Under the pieces are notes generated by a model. The model searched no databases, was not told where the DNA came from, and saw only the letters and a program-made list of their open reading frames with translations. A stretch of 64,000 bases of DNA from an uncultured virus (IMG/VR IMGVR_UViG_3300029319_000027). Its lineage: Duplodnaviria; Heunggongvirae; Uroviricota; Caudoviricetes. Below, in pieces: positions 17,101 through 27,069 of this stretch. A program made the translations under genes and the position numbers. Position 1 is the stretch's first letter. Every line of letters starts with the position of its first letter. Location: the IMG/VR virus record IMGVR_UViG_3300029319_000027, one strand, 5' to 3'.

Positions 17101-17912
17101 CTTTTTTTATTCATTTTAGTTAGCCACCTATACCAACCATGAAATTTAGTTCTTTCAGCAGCTCTGCTTTTATTGTAATAGATTTGGTCTTCTTTGTCTC
17201 TAGTTGAAACTTTATAATCAGGTATCTCTTCTCTCTTTATAGGAATTACCTGTATTAAAGGCATACCCTGTCTAAATGTTTTTTCTCCAACGCCATGATA
17301 TAGAAAAGGTATATTCATTTGGTGGTAGCTATCAGTTTCTATAATGCTAGGTAATATTTCTATTTCTAAATTTCTGTGATACCAAGGTTGAGTAATAATA
17401 ACAGACCAACCAGGTGGTGTAATAATATCCCAAGGATTTCCAAATTTTAATGCAGTAAACCAACTGTTTTCAGGTATTGGCATAGAACCTATTGATTTTG
17501 GGTCATGAGAAGTTATTGCTTCTATAGTGTCGTCATAAGCGTGCTTATTGTACCAATTAAATCCTGTTGAAGGTCTGTGGTCTATTCTTAAATCTACCCA
17601 CAAAGGTATTATGTATCCTAAGTTCATATAGTCTGCTACAGTTGGACATTTTTTCATGCTATTTTCTCTATAAGGAACTGTGTCCCAATTTTCATCGTGA
17701 TATTTATTATCAACACCATTACGCATTTCTGTCCACTCACGCTGTAAATTTCTATACCAAGTAGGTTCTTTAAACTCAGAGGCAGGTTTTACAGGGCATA
17801 AGTCAATATATTCTTGATGACTAGTTAAAAACTGAATTTCAGGATACTTAACAGAATGTTCTTTTACTTCTAGTATCCTTTTATATTTTTTTGCTTCCCA
17901 CCATTTTGACAT
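17076..17912 (-). CDS. DUF6065-like protein, paralog 3
   Basis: MKKCP...GYIIPLWVD...PWDIITPPGWS...IETDSYHQ...GMPLIQVIPIKRE, clearly paralogous to 15545-16288. Confidence 0.7.
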   Translation of the reverse strand: MSKWWEAKKYKRILEVKEHSVKYPEIQFLTSHQEYIDLCPVKPASEFKEPTWYRNLQREWTEMRNGVDNKYHDENWDTVPYRENSMKKCPTVADYMNLGYIIPLWVDLRIDHRPSTGFNWYNKHAYDDTIEAITSHDPKSIGSMPIPENSWFTALKFGNPWDIITPPGWSVIITQPWYHRNLEIEILPSIIETDSYHQMNIPFLYHGVGEKTFRQGMPLIQVIPIKREEIPDYKVSTRDKEDQIYYNKSRAAERTKFHGWYRWLTKMNKKRWKEEGIL

Positions 17913-17913
17913 A

Positions 17914-18627
17914 TTATTCCATCAATATATCTGCATCAGAAACTACAGAAAGCAAATCCCAAGGATATTGAGCTGTACCAAGTTCTTTTTTTGTTATAGA
18001 ATTGTCAGTCGAATCCCAATGGAGTATTGAACATGTTGCAAGTGAATTTTGTAGATACAAAGCTAATTCATCTTTGCTTTCACAAATATCTGTGTTCCAT
18101 TTCACAATAACTTTATTTGAGGGTGTTATGCTAGCTGCTGAACCTTGTAAAACTTCGTATTCTTTTCCGTTAGCATCTATAACAATCAAATCTGCGTCTG
18201 TAATGTCTAAGCTATCGACAGTGATAATGTCAACACTTTCAGAGTTGTCTCCAAAGTCTATGTCTAATTTTGCTCCTGATTTTGCATCGTCAAAATAATA
18301 CATAGTTCCTGTACCACTCGAATCTGAACATGCTTTGTTGTAGTTAGTAGCATTTTCTAAATTTGCTTCTAGTTTGTTAAACCTATCCTCAACAGGCTCA
18401 ATATTTATAGTTTCTACACCTTGACTATCTAAATACTTGCTGTAAATACCAACACCTGCTCCAACAATAATTACTTTATTTAAATTATCTTTTTCTTCTT
18501 TTAGATAAAATTCAACAGAGGGAGAGTAAAAAGCATAGTTTGATAACCTTTTGTGTTCTTTTAAATCTGTTTCATCGTAATCTATAGTTACGCCTGTTGC
18601 TAATGCAATGTCCATAATTAATACCAA
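17914..18627 (-). CDS. FkbM-family SAM-dependent methyltransferase
   Basis: VGAGVGIYS, IEP, ITVDSL and IDANGKEYEVLQG motifs. Confidence 0.75.
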   Translation of the reverse strand: MVLIMDIALATGVTIDYDETDLKEHKRLSNYAFYSPSVEFYLKEEKDNLNKVIIVGAGVGIYSKYLDSQGVETINIEPVEDRFNKLEANLENATNYNKACSDSSGTGTMYYFDDAKSGAKLDIDFGDNSESVDIITVDSLDITDADLIVIDANGKEYEVLQGSAASITPSNKVIVKWNTDICESKDELALYLQNSLATCSILHWDSTDNSITKKELGTAQYPWDLLSVVSDADILME

Positions 18628-19190
18628 TCCTTCTTAAGCTCGTGTACATTTCTACCTGATGGGAGAGTTATATCTCCATTTATCTGATGTTCCCCAATAA
18701 TATAAAAATAATTACTAGGGTAAGAAAAGTAGAACTTAATTCTTAATGCTATACCACCATTATAACTCATTGCCATGTGCTCATCTGAGCCTTTGTAAAG
18801 CAATGCTGTCTCATTTGCAATATTATAAGACTCTCCATTGACCTGTGTTTCCCAACGATTTTGTGTGTAATGGTTGTATTCAACTACATAATCTTGTGGT
18901 AATGAATCATCATGTATGTGTACATTAGATGGAGTTGCTACAACATTTTCTGCAAATTGAATACAAAAAAAAGAAGGAAGTAATCTTTTATCATCTACTA
19001 AATCTCTTATCTTATCTAGCATTGAAAAATGCATCATCTTTGCAACATTACAATAAGTTTTTTCCCAAATACCATTTCTTTTTTGCTCCCAATTGTTTGG
19101 GTCATTACTTGGATGCTCTAGATCATAAAACGCTGTTATCTCTTCTTGTTGTGTTCCTTTAAATAAATTTGGTAATATGACTGCTTCCAT
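18618..19190 (-). CDS. Divergent phage 2OG-Fe(II) oxygenase-like protein
   Basis: LLPSF...HIHDD...W...ALLYKG..EH...FYF resembles phage double-stranded beta-helix oxygenases. Confidence 0.5.
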   Translation of the reverse strand: MEAVILPNLFKGTQQEEITAFYDLEHPSNDPNNWEQKRNGIWEKTYCNVAKMMHFSMLDKIRDLVDDKRLLPSFFCIQFAENVVATPSNVHIHDDSLPQDYVVEYNHYTQNRWETQVNGESYNIANETALLYKGSDEHMAMSYNGGIALRIKFYFSYPSNYFYIIGEHQINGDITLPSGRNVHELKKDWY

Positions 19191-19900
19191 TACTTAAACT
19201 CTGCTCTATTAAAATATTTATTTTCTCCGTTTGGTAACCACATTGGTGGAATACCATCAAAGTCTATTTGATGACCTAACCAAGTAACTATTGCATATTT
19301 AGTACCACTTACAACCGGTAAAGCTGTATGGGTATAAGCATAATTACTAGGAAACAATACTAGAGATGGTGTTTCAGGTTTAACATTTACATCAAAATGT
19401 GTAAAGTATGTTCCACCACCTTCGTATTCAGTTGGATTCAAAAGTATTAATGCTGATAAATATCTCGGTATGTGTGGTGCATAATCGCAGTGAGCTTTAT
19501 ATTCTTGACCACTTTGGTATTTAAGAATTGTGTATCCTTCATCAAATCCTATAGGAAATTCATATCTTTCGATATAATCCATAACACTTGCTTTCATTTT
19601 TTCGCCTATTAGTTCGTGTATTTTTCTTAAATTTTCTATATGATGAACTGTTCCTTCTTTTAGAGCAGTTCTGTATTCAGGAGAACTATCATCTACATCT
19701 GCATTAGAAGTAATAGGCATTAAATAGTTAGACCTGTAAGTGCCACCATCTTCATTCTTACCAATATCTGCTTTTTTATATTTAGCATGACAGTTAGGTT
19801 CTCTATCTGCATCTCCTATTGTTTTAATTATATTTTGTGCTTGTTCTTCAGTTAACCAATTATTAGTTATCTCTACACATCCCATCACTTTTTCAATCAT
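19190..19900 (-). CDS. 2OG-Fe(II) oxygenase, prolyl-4-hydroxylase-like
   Basis: KYQSGQEYKAHCD, YEGGGT.F and FPSN..YTH...PV.SGTKY (HxD...H...K). Confidence 0.92.
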   Translation of the reverse strand: MIEKVMGCVEITNNWLTEEQAQNIIKTIGDADREPNCHAKYKKADIGKNEDGGTYRSNYLMPITSNADVDDSSPEYRTALKEGTVHHIENLRKIHELIGEKMKASVMDYIERYEFPIGFDEGYTILKYQSGQEYKAHCDYAPHIPRYLSALILLNPTEYEGGGTYFTHFDVNVKPETPSLVLFPSNYAYTHTALPVVSGTKYAIVTWLGHQIDFDGIPPMWLPNGENKYFNRAEFK

Positions 19901-20607
19901 TACATGAACTCCCTTTGAGCTGTTTGCTCAATATCTAATGTTTCTAGGTACTTGTCGTAATCTGTACCTGATGATACAGCTACTAAAAACGCTGATTTTC
20001 TTCCATTCAATAATGGTGTTGTTGCATGAGACCACATAAAACCACTAGGCATAATTACTAAAGAACCTGCAGGTGGTTTATAAGGTAAGTATCCTCTTTC
20101 ACTCCAATATCTAAAATCCAAAGCTCCACCATCAAAATCATCATTTAAGTATGTTAGACATGTAATCCTTCTTAAATATGGAGTAACATACATCATTCCT
20201 GTATTAGGGTTTCTAGTAGCATGATTATCACTATGATATTTCATATGCTTTGGTGGTTTATAAGTTATGTACTGATAAGTTTCAAACCAACCTATTTCTT
20301 CTTTAACATCAGGAAATAATTCAAAATATTGTGCAACTTTGTTCAGAGTGTTATCTTGTACTTGTTTAAGGTAATTTTTATTTTCTTGTCTATTAAAATC
20401 ATTTTCAGGGTCAAACCTAACAGGTCCATTTTCATTTGTTACGGTATAGTAGTTACCTGGTTTGTCTCCTAGATTAGCTACTTTTTTTTTCCAATCATCT
20501 ACTTCTTCGTTCATTGAATCTATTATTCCATCAGGAACATCAATGACTTTTTCCCATGCTACAACACCTGGTACTACTTCTTTAGGCTCTCCTACTCTCC
20601 ACATCAT
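19900..20607 (-). CDS. 2OG-Fe(II) oxygenase, prolyl-4-hydroxylase-like
   Basis: YHSD, YLNDDFDGGAL.F and PSGFMWSH...P..NGRK. Confidence 0.9.
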   Translation of the reverse strand: MMWRVGEPKEVVPGVVAWEKVIDVPDGIIDSMNEEVDDWKKKVANLGDKPGNYYTVTNENGPVRFDPENDFNRQENKNYLKQVQDNTLNKVAQYFELFPDVKEEIGWFETYQYITYKPPKHMKYHSDNHATRNPNTGMMYVTPYLRRITCLTYLNDDFDGGALDFRYWSERGYLPYKPPAGSLVIMPSGFMWSHATTPLLNGRKSAFLVAVSSGTDYDKYLETLDIEQTAQREFM

Positions 20608-21098
20608 CTACCTCTTTTATGGTATATAGTTGTATCGTCCTCATGTTTTTCATAAACAGATATATCTATAGAATCTACAATCTCGCCATCTTTTTTAAAT
20701 TTTAATTTATACCAACCTCTAGGTAGCTGTATATGATCTGTAAAGAATTTGTATAGAACTTTTTCCCACTGCATATTGTAAGTTTCATACAAGATTGGTT
20801 CTTCTTTGGGGTTGTCTAAATTTTGTTTCCATGCTTCCATAACATACTGTGGATTATCTTCAAGCACAGCAAAATCATCTATAAATAAATATTCATAATA
20901 TTCTTGATCGTTTATTAATTTTGGAACTTCAGGATAAGTATATTCAGGTATTAATACCCATTGAGCTACATCTTTATCTTTAACATATTCTTTAATGTTT
21001 TCAGACAAACTATTATGTACTTCTTGAGTGTGATTTAACCAAATATCTTGATAATCAAGTATATCTTGTCCCTCAGGGACATAATAGATTTTACGCAT
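20604..21098 (-). CDS. Hypothetical protein
   Basis: AGGAGG RBS; ATGA overlap with the oxygenase. Confidence 0.7.
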   Translation of the reverse strand: MRKIYYVPEGQDILDYQDIWLNHTQEVHNSLSENIKEYVKDKDVAQWVLIPEYTYPEVPKLINDQEYYEYLFIDDFAVLEDNPQYVMEAWKQNLDNPKEEPILYETYNMQWEKVLYKFFTDHIQLPRGWYKLKFKKDGEIVDSIDISVYEKHEDDTTIYHKRGR

Positions 21099-21114
21099 TA
21101 GCCCTCCTGCTAAT

Positions 21115-22008
21115 TTATAGTAATAAAGCTCTAGAGTCTAAACAAACTTTTAGATAATCTATTGTTCCATCAAGAGATTGCTCTTTTGTTGCTTTGTATG
21201 CATCGACATCTGCTAAAAAAGCAGCTTCATCAAAGTCAGCAATGACTTCTCCTAGTTTGTATAAACAATTGGCAACAGCTTTTTCTAATACTTGCAAAGC
21301 GTCTGCTTTTTCTGCATTTAGGGCATCTGCACTAATTGATAAGTCCATATCATTTTCTCCTACTGTAAAAGTTTTACCATTCAAGTATAACATATCGAGT
21401 TGTGATGATTCTTCGTTTTGAGCTCCTGTATTATATTTATACTGCTCTGAATCAGGCAAAGTTATAGTTGTATAGCTATCTACTGTTGCCCATAGTCTAA
21501 TGTCTTTATATACATTTTCCCACTCATCATGAGTACCATAATCAAGTTCTTCTCTTGGAACCATTTCTCCATACATTACTGCAATATCTGTATAGCTATC
21601 ATCTGTATAGCAGTATTGACTATTTTCTTTTATATAAACAGATGAATAAAATTTAGTATCAGCGTTATAAACATAACCCATAATTAAGCTGTAGTAATCT
21701 TCGTAAGGTATTTCTCCTTCAGAGTTTGTATCTGATAATTCTCCACCATATTGAAGATATAAATCTTTTCTTTTAACTGAAAAACCAAAATTTTCAGCAT
21801 CATTAGTATTAACATCTACATAGGCTAATGTACCTTCAGTTGTGAATTGATACTTCTCTCTTGGATAATCAACAGGGTAATCTTCCTCTATATTTGAAGA
21901 AGGAAACAAAAGTTCTCCTTGAGGTTTTATAATTCCAGGGAAAACATAAAGTTCGTGATTTGCGTAGTCTTGGTCTTCTCTACTGTAGTAGATTCTTACA
22001 GTAGCCAT
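21115..22008 (-). CDS. Hypothetical protein
   Basis: 297 aa, in operon context. Confidence 0.7.
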   Translation of the reverse strand: MATVRIYYSREDQDYANHELYVFPGIIKPQGELLFPSSNIEEDYPVDYPREKYQFTTEGTLAYVDVNTNDAENFGFSVKRKDLYLQYGGELSDTNSEGEIPYEDYYSLIMGYVYNADTKFYSSVYIKENSQYCYTDDSYTDIAVMYGEMVPREELDYGTHDEWENVYKDIRLWATVDSYTTITLPDSEQYKYNTGAQNEESSQLDMLYLNGKTFTVGENDMDLSISADALNAEKADALQVLEKAVANCLYKLGEVIADFDEAAFLADVDAYKATKEQSLDGTIDYLKVCLDSRALLL

Positions 22009-22010
22009 TG

Positions 22011-22670
22011 CTATACCTTATAGGTTTTGACATTACCATCGTTATACCCTGTAACATCGGTTGCTAAACCTGTTAATGGTATATCTTGGCTAACTAAGAA
22101 TATTGCTCCTCCACCTGTAGTGCTTTCTCCTGTGGCGTACACAGTTCCATAACCACTAATGTTTCTTGCACATAAAACTACAATACCACCACCTGCATTA
22201 GTTGTATCTCCTGAACCACCATAGATAGGAGAAGGTGTAGTATCGCCACCATGAACTATATAACCTTGGATAGCTAAATCAGGGTGGTTAAAATAATTAA
22301 TTGTTTCTGTTGGAGCAGTTGCTGATGTTCCGTTTCCTGCACCACCTACGCTGTCAGTAGCATTTCCTGTAACACCACCTTTGAGTGTTCCTGATGTACT
22401 AGCAGCACCTTTTCTTCCTAGAGAACAAGTAGCTTGCTCTGAAGATGTGTTTGACAACATGAGCGAGTTTCTTACGAATACTCTATATCCTGCAGTATTA
22501 AGATGAACATCATCATTAATAGTTAAATTGTTATAGTGCATATCTCTAGTCAAAGTTGTGTTTGCTGAAATAGTTACATTCCCATCATTACCTGATCCAT
22601 AAATACTGTCAGGTATTACATCGAAAGATTCAAAGTCAGTAGGTGTAACTCCTATTTCTACTATTGCCAT
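22011..22670 (-). CDS. Gly-rich virion/fibre protein, short paralog of 22672-24324
   Basis: Shares YG.G.DG.VTI..NTTLTRDM.YNNLTIN and GGG.VV..A..ISG.G blocks. Confidence 0.7.
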   Translation of the reverse strand: MAIVEIGVTPTDFESFDVIPDSIYGSGNDGNVTISANTTLTRDMHYNNLTINDDVHLNTAGYRVFVRNSLMLSNTSSEQATCSLGRKGAASTSGTLKGGVTGNATDSVGGAGNGTSATAPTETINYFNHPDLAIQGYIVHGGDTTPSPIYGGSGDTTNAGGGIVVLCARNISGYGTVYATGESTTGGGAIFLVSQDIPLTGLATDVTGYNDGNVKTYKV

Positions 22671-22671
22671 A

Positions 22672-24324
22672 TTATGCTCCTGGGTCTGTGTCGCTTACAT
22701 TAATGTTAAATACTGTAACAACTGTTCCTGCTGTAGCTGTTCCTGCACCTGAAGTACCTGCAGCAGCAGCTAATGTTAAAGAACCTGGTAATGGTTTGGT
22801 TCCTGTAACAAGTATAACAGTTCCTCCACCTGCATTGAAGCCACCTTTCGCTTTACCCGCAGCACCTCCTGCACCACCTGGATGGTAGTTAGTAGGATTT
22901 GACGAAGGTGGATTCGAACCAGAGTTAGAGCCATAGTTGGTGTTATTAGAACCATAGTTAGCACCATAGTTTGTATTGTTTGATCCATAGTTTGTAGCGT
23001 TAGTATTACCAGGATGTAGATGGTAGTGCTGATGCGAAGAACCAGGGTTTCCAGGAATAACATAGTTATTTATTGGTGGAGAAGGGTTGTTACCAGGATG
23101 ATAATGATTGTAGTGATAGTGTGTAAATGAAGGGTTTGTATTACCTGGATATGAATAGTTGTTACCAGGATAAGAATAACCATAAGAATAATTATTACCA
23201 GGGTAAGAGTATCCATAAGAATAGTTATTTCCTGGTACAGTGTTTCCAGGTGTTTGTGTATCAGGTGCAGGTGTTCCTGCAGTTCCTTGTGTAGCAGCAG
23301 AACCATCATCTCCATCTGCTCTGATAGTTCCATTACCTGAAACTGTCTTGGCTATAACTACAACAACTCCACCACCTGCAGCTCCTGTGCCAGGTGTAGC
23401 AGCATTTCCTGATGTTCCTTTACCACCATCTGCACCAACAACATTTCTATTAGCCCAATTTGTATCTCTGCCAGGTAATCCTTCTTGTGCTCCATGAATC
23501 TCTGTACCATCGGAACCACCAGAACCACCACCTACAGCTTTGAAAGTTCCTGTAGCTTGGTCAAACTTAGAACCTGTAATTGCAGTTGTTAAGTTAAAAA
23601 ATTCATTAGTGCCTGAAAAAAATTGATTAGTAGGGGATGGAGCAGCAGATACATTTATCTGTCCACCTCTACCTGAGGCTTCTTCTGCATAATAATACAG
23701 AGTGCTTGGTGTGCTATCAGTTACAGCTATAACTGTTTTACCATCTGTGCCAGGAGTTCCTGAAACTGTTACACCTGTTGTATATTCTGAACCACCACCA
23801 TGAGTACCATCTGAAGTTGTAGAAAGTCTTATTGTGTACTCACTTAATGTTCCATTATTATTCCAATCATATTTATTTGTATAGTGAGCTTGGTTAAGCT
23901 CATAAGTTAAACCATGATACATAGTTATTGCTGCTTGGTCTGTACCATCTATTTCAAAAACTGAGTTTGAGTTGTCATAAGAAACTACTTTGAAAGTACT
24001 ATCTCCTGCATCTCCACCTAGTGTGTCTGTTGCAGTAGTACCTGCTGCAGAACCACCTTTAAGAGTTCCTGCAGTTGTTTTATTAGAGAATCTACCAATA
24101 CGAGCTGATGCATCTGCAAATGTAAGAGTTCCTTTTACAAAAACTTTATATCCGTTTGTATCTAGATCACAACTTGAATTGATTGTAAGGTTGTTGTAAT
24201 ACATATCTCTTGTAAGAGTTGTATTAGATGCGATTGTAACATCTCCATCTTGCCCAAAACCATATATTTCGTCCCCACCAAGTCTTTCGAGAAAGATTGG
24301 TTCTGGAACTTGTATTTCAGCCAC
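22672..24324 (-). CDS. Fibre/adhesin with a PGN/NY/HxH repeat insertion
   Basis: PGNNYSYGYSY repeats, THYHYNHYH, HQHYHLH and NYGSN repeats inside a Gly-rich scaffold. Confidence 0.75.
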   Translation of the reverse strand: MAEIQVPEPIFLERLGGDEIYGFGQDGDVTIASNTTLTRDMYYNNLTINSSCDLDTNGYKVFVKGTLTFADASARIGRFSNKTTAGTLKGGSAAGTTATDTLGGDAGDSTFKVVSYDNSNSVFEIDGTDQAAITMYHGLTYELNQAHYTNKYDWNNNGTLSEYTIRLSTTSDGTHGGGSEYTTGVTVSGTPGTDGKTVIAVTDSTPSTLYYYAEEASGRGGQINVSAAPSPTNQFFSGTNEFFNLTTAITGSKFDQATGTFKAVGGGSGGSDGTEIHGAQEGLPGRDTNWANRNVVGADGGKGTSGNAATPGTGAAGGGVVVVIAKTVSGNGTIRADGDDGSAATQGTAGTPAPDTQTPGNTVPGNNYSYGYSYPGNNYSYGYSYPGNNYSYPGNTNPSFTHYHYNHYHPGNNPSPPINNYVIPGNPGSSHQHYHLHPGNTNATNYGSNNTNYGANYGSNNTNYGSNSGSNPPSSNPTNYHPGGAGGAAGKAKGGFNAGGGTVILVTGTKPLPGSLTLAAAAGTSGAGTATAGTVVTVFNINVSDTDPGA

Positions 24325-24653
24325 TAGGTAACCTCTACGCCAGAAACATGTACATTAATCGCACTAGCTGCACTTGCTTTACCTCTAATAGAAGCACTAG
24401 CTGCTACAACCATTGCCAAGTCAATCACTTGTGTTGTATTAGCTTGCACAGTAATGTCTCCGAAAATGATATGCTCATCTCCTGTTGAACCACCATTTGG
24501 TACAACTTTAATCTGTGCTGTTCTATCAGTAGCTGTATAATTTGCAAGTATGAGTTGCTTGATAATTATCTTATTGCTGTTACTGAATATTTCAGCTTCA
24601 GATGTACCAAGTGTCTCACTAGCATTTAGTTCGGCTGCTGTATATATCGCCAT
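24324..24653 (-). CDS. Small beta-sandwich tail adaptor (paralog of 28341-28673)
   Basis: I..L..AN...ITV.AN.T...LVL pattern shared by both. Confidence 0.65.
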   Translation of the reverse strand: MAIYTAAELNASETLGTSEAEIFSNSNKIIIKQLILANYTATDRTAQIKVVPNGGSTGDEHIIFGDITVQANTTQVIDLAMVVAASASIRGKASAASAINVHVSGVEVT

Positions 24654-24661
24654 TTATTCTC

Positions 24662-25117
24662 CTATAATCCCATCCACTGCAACGCTTCAGTAGTGTTGAG
24701 TTGGACAGGGTTCATTTTTTTAAGTGTGGTATCTGAGTTGTCATAAACCATAACTAGATCATTATCTTCGTCTACATCTACAGAAGTACCATCTGCAAGT
24801 CTTGTTATATCGACATTTAAGTCTGCTACTCCTGAACCAACACCACCAGATAAACCTGATAATGCGTCAGTTGTAACTCCTGTAACATCTCCTGCTTCTA
24901 ATGAATCCCATGAGGAGCCATTATATACCTGGAGTTTTGAGGTCGAGGAATTAAATATAACTTCGCCTGTAGTAGCTGAAGATATTGCATCCCTCTGAGT
25001 TGTTGTAAAACTTGGAATTAAAGGTCCACCATCTGTGGAACCTGCGACAAATTCAGAGAAACCTGTAGTATCTCCTGCAGTAGTAACAACTCTAATTAAG
25101 TGTTTTCTATTAGCCAT
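24662..25117 (-). CDS. Tail fibre-associated protein
   Basis: FTTTQRDAI...GEVIFNSSTSKLQVYNGSSW fibre motif. Confidence 0.7.
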   Translation of the reverse strand: MANRKHLIRVVTTAGDTTGFSEFVAGSTDGGPLIPSFTTTQRDAISSATTGEVIFNSSTSKLQVYNGSSWDSLEAGDVTGVTTDALSGLSGGVGSGVADLNVDITRLADGTSVDVDEDNDLVMVYDNSDTTLKKMNPVQLNTTEALQWMGL

Positions 25118-25196
25118 GAATTATCCCTCGATATATATATCTTTCTTTATTATAACAGCATATTTTAACGGTTGTATTCTATGGGTTTGCATAGTG

Positions 25197-25973
25197 TTAT
25201 AATCCGAACCTTGTCTTATATGTGTCATATTCTAAATCCATTTCTGCTGCTGTTAAGCCTCTATTAAATACTTTTACTAAGCCTATATAACCTGTAAGTA
25301 AATATCCATTACCATTGTATTCCCCAACTCTAATACCTGATGAATTTGTAGTACCATCTCCACCACCTGTAGTTGTGCTTGTAATTAGTGTTGAGCCATT
25401 TTTATAAATTCTTTTTGAAGTTCCACTTTGCCAAGCGATAGCCATAGTGTAGGCAGAAGAACTAAAATGAGTTGAAGGATTAATTGCCATATCGTGGTCA
25501 GGGTTTGTATCTTTACTCCTGAAATACATTGATGTAGAACTATTAAAAAAGAAAGAATACTGAGTATTAACATAACCTTTTTCAAATAAAAAACCTGTTT
25601 GTGATGGATTAGCTTTTACCCATACAATAATTGTTTTGTTTAAAGTATTTAATGCAGTTATATCAGGAAACTCAAGACCACCTGTTCCATTAAAGTAAAA
25701 ACTACCACCACCATCACTTGAATATAAAGTTTGTGAGCCTGAATTTGCACCTGCAACACTGTTGTCTATATCTGTTACAGAGTTACCTGATCCAGAATAA
25801 GATGCAGAATTAGCAGCGTCAATATAAAAAACTCTTCCATCTATAACTCCCTCTGATGTCCAAAGAGAATCATCATCTAAAACTTTTTGGTCGTTTAATG
25901 TAAATACACCTGATTTTGCACCTGCACTTATATCAGCGTGTGCTCCTATATATCCATATTCATTAGTTGCCAT
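25197..25973 (-). CDS. LamG/ConA-like lectin-domain virion protein
   Basis: IDAAN..SYSGSG, F.FNG, TIIVWV, RIYKNG and G.I..VKVFNRGLT.AE. Confidence 0.8.
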   Translation of the reverse strand: MATNEYGYIGAHADISAGAKSGVFTLNDQKVLDDDSLWTSEGVIDGRVFYIDAANSASYSGSGNSVTDIDNSVAGANSGSQTLYSSDGGGSFYFNGTGGLEFPDITALNTLNKTIIVWVKANPSQTGFLFEKGYVNTQYSFFFNSSTSMYFRSKDTNPDHDMAINPSTHFSSSAYTMAIAWQSGTSKRIYKNGSTLITSTTTGGGDGTTNSSGIRVGEYNGNGYLLTGYIGLVKVFNRGLTAAEMDLEYDTYKTRFGL

Positions 25974-26191
25974 TAGAACATTCCTTTTGTTACTGTCATT
26001 GATTCTTCTTGTGTGTATATTTGGTATGGGTGTAAATTTATAATATTATCAATACACCTAGGAGTTTCTCCTTCCCACCAAATTAAAGTTGTGTTGTTAT
26101 CTTTACTAAATATTAAATCATTAAAATCTAAATTTAATTCTTGTGTATCTAATAGATTTAGATGCTCGGTAGATAAAATAATACAATACAT
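25973..26191 (-). CDS. Small hypothetical protein (possible fibre chaperone)
   Basis: Coupled by TAATG to the LamG gene. Confidence 0.55.
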   Translation of the reverse strand: MYCIILSTEHLNLLDTQELNLDFNDLIFSKDNNTTLIWWEGETPRCIDNIINLHPYQIYTQEESMTVTKGMF

Positions 26192-26193
26192 AT

Positions 26194-27069
26194 TTAATTC
26201 TCTGCTACATAAAAATAATGTATGTAGCCACTTCCTGATCCTAGATTATTACTTGATGAAGGATAAAAATAACCATTGTTTGTTATTTGATCTGAGCTAT
26301 TATGCCAAGGATAGTGGGCACCTGTGCCTGTTCTTTTATAATGTAATCCATAAGAACTTGTGTTGTAACTAGAAGTATAGTTTCTATAAGGTATTGACCT
26401 AACATGATTAGTAGTATCGCTAGTAACTGTATAAGCAGTTCCACTAGGCAAGTTAGTTGTTCCCCATTCCCACCATTCTGCATCTTGTGTTGGATTATCT
26501 CCTGTATGATGATTCCACCAAGTTGAGTAAGTACTATTTCTAAATCTTGTTCTTGTTACACCAACCAAGTTGCTAGATGTATTAAATACTGCCCAATATA
26601 TATATGGCGATGTACTACCACCATTTTCATCAAATAATCTGTTCATTAAATATCCCCACTGTGTAGTAGATAAAAGCATTGTTGAAGTTGTACCAGATTG
26701 ACCTCTCATAACTATATTCAAGTTAGTTGCACCTTCAACCCAACTAGGTCCACCTGAAGGAATGTTTCCTAAACCTGTTATGTCATTGACACAATTAATT
26801 TGAAAAGCACTTTGACTTGCATTTGGCTTTATGTATCTTTGAGTAACTGAAGAAGAAGGTAATGCTGTTAAAACTTCACTTGCAGCATAACCAGCTAAAT
26901 CTGATGTCAATCCTGAATTACCCTCAACAAAGTTAGCCATCTTCATTGAATAAGATTCTTCTGATGTTAATGGACCTTGTAAATTTTCACTACCTATAGC
27001 TGATTCAGTTCCTAAAGTTATAGGTGGATTTCCTTTGTAATTTAATCTAGGTATTTTTCTATTAACCAT
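26194..27069 (-). CDS. Putative receptor-binding protein
   Basis: N-terminal RKIPRL...PP...TSEE.Y..K.AN block shared with 27318-28331; unrelated C-domain. Confidence 0.6.
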   Translation of the reverse strand: MVNRKIPRLNYKGNPPITLGTESAIGSENLQGPLTSEESYSMKMANFVEGNSGLTSDLAGYAASEVLTALPSSSVTQRYIKPNASQSAFQINCVNDITGLGNIPSGGPSWVEGATNLNIVMRGQSGTTSTMLLSTTQWGYLMNRLFDENGGSTSPYIYWAVFNTSSNLVGVTRTRFRNSTYSTWWNHHTGDNPTQDAEWWEWGTTNLPSGTAYTVTSDTTNHVRSIPYRNYTSSYNTSSYGLHYKRTGTGAHYPWHNSSDQITNNGYFYPSSSNNLGSGSGYIHYFYVAEN

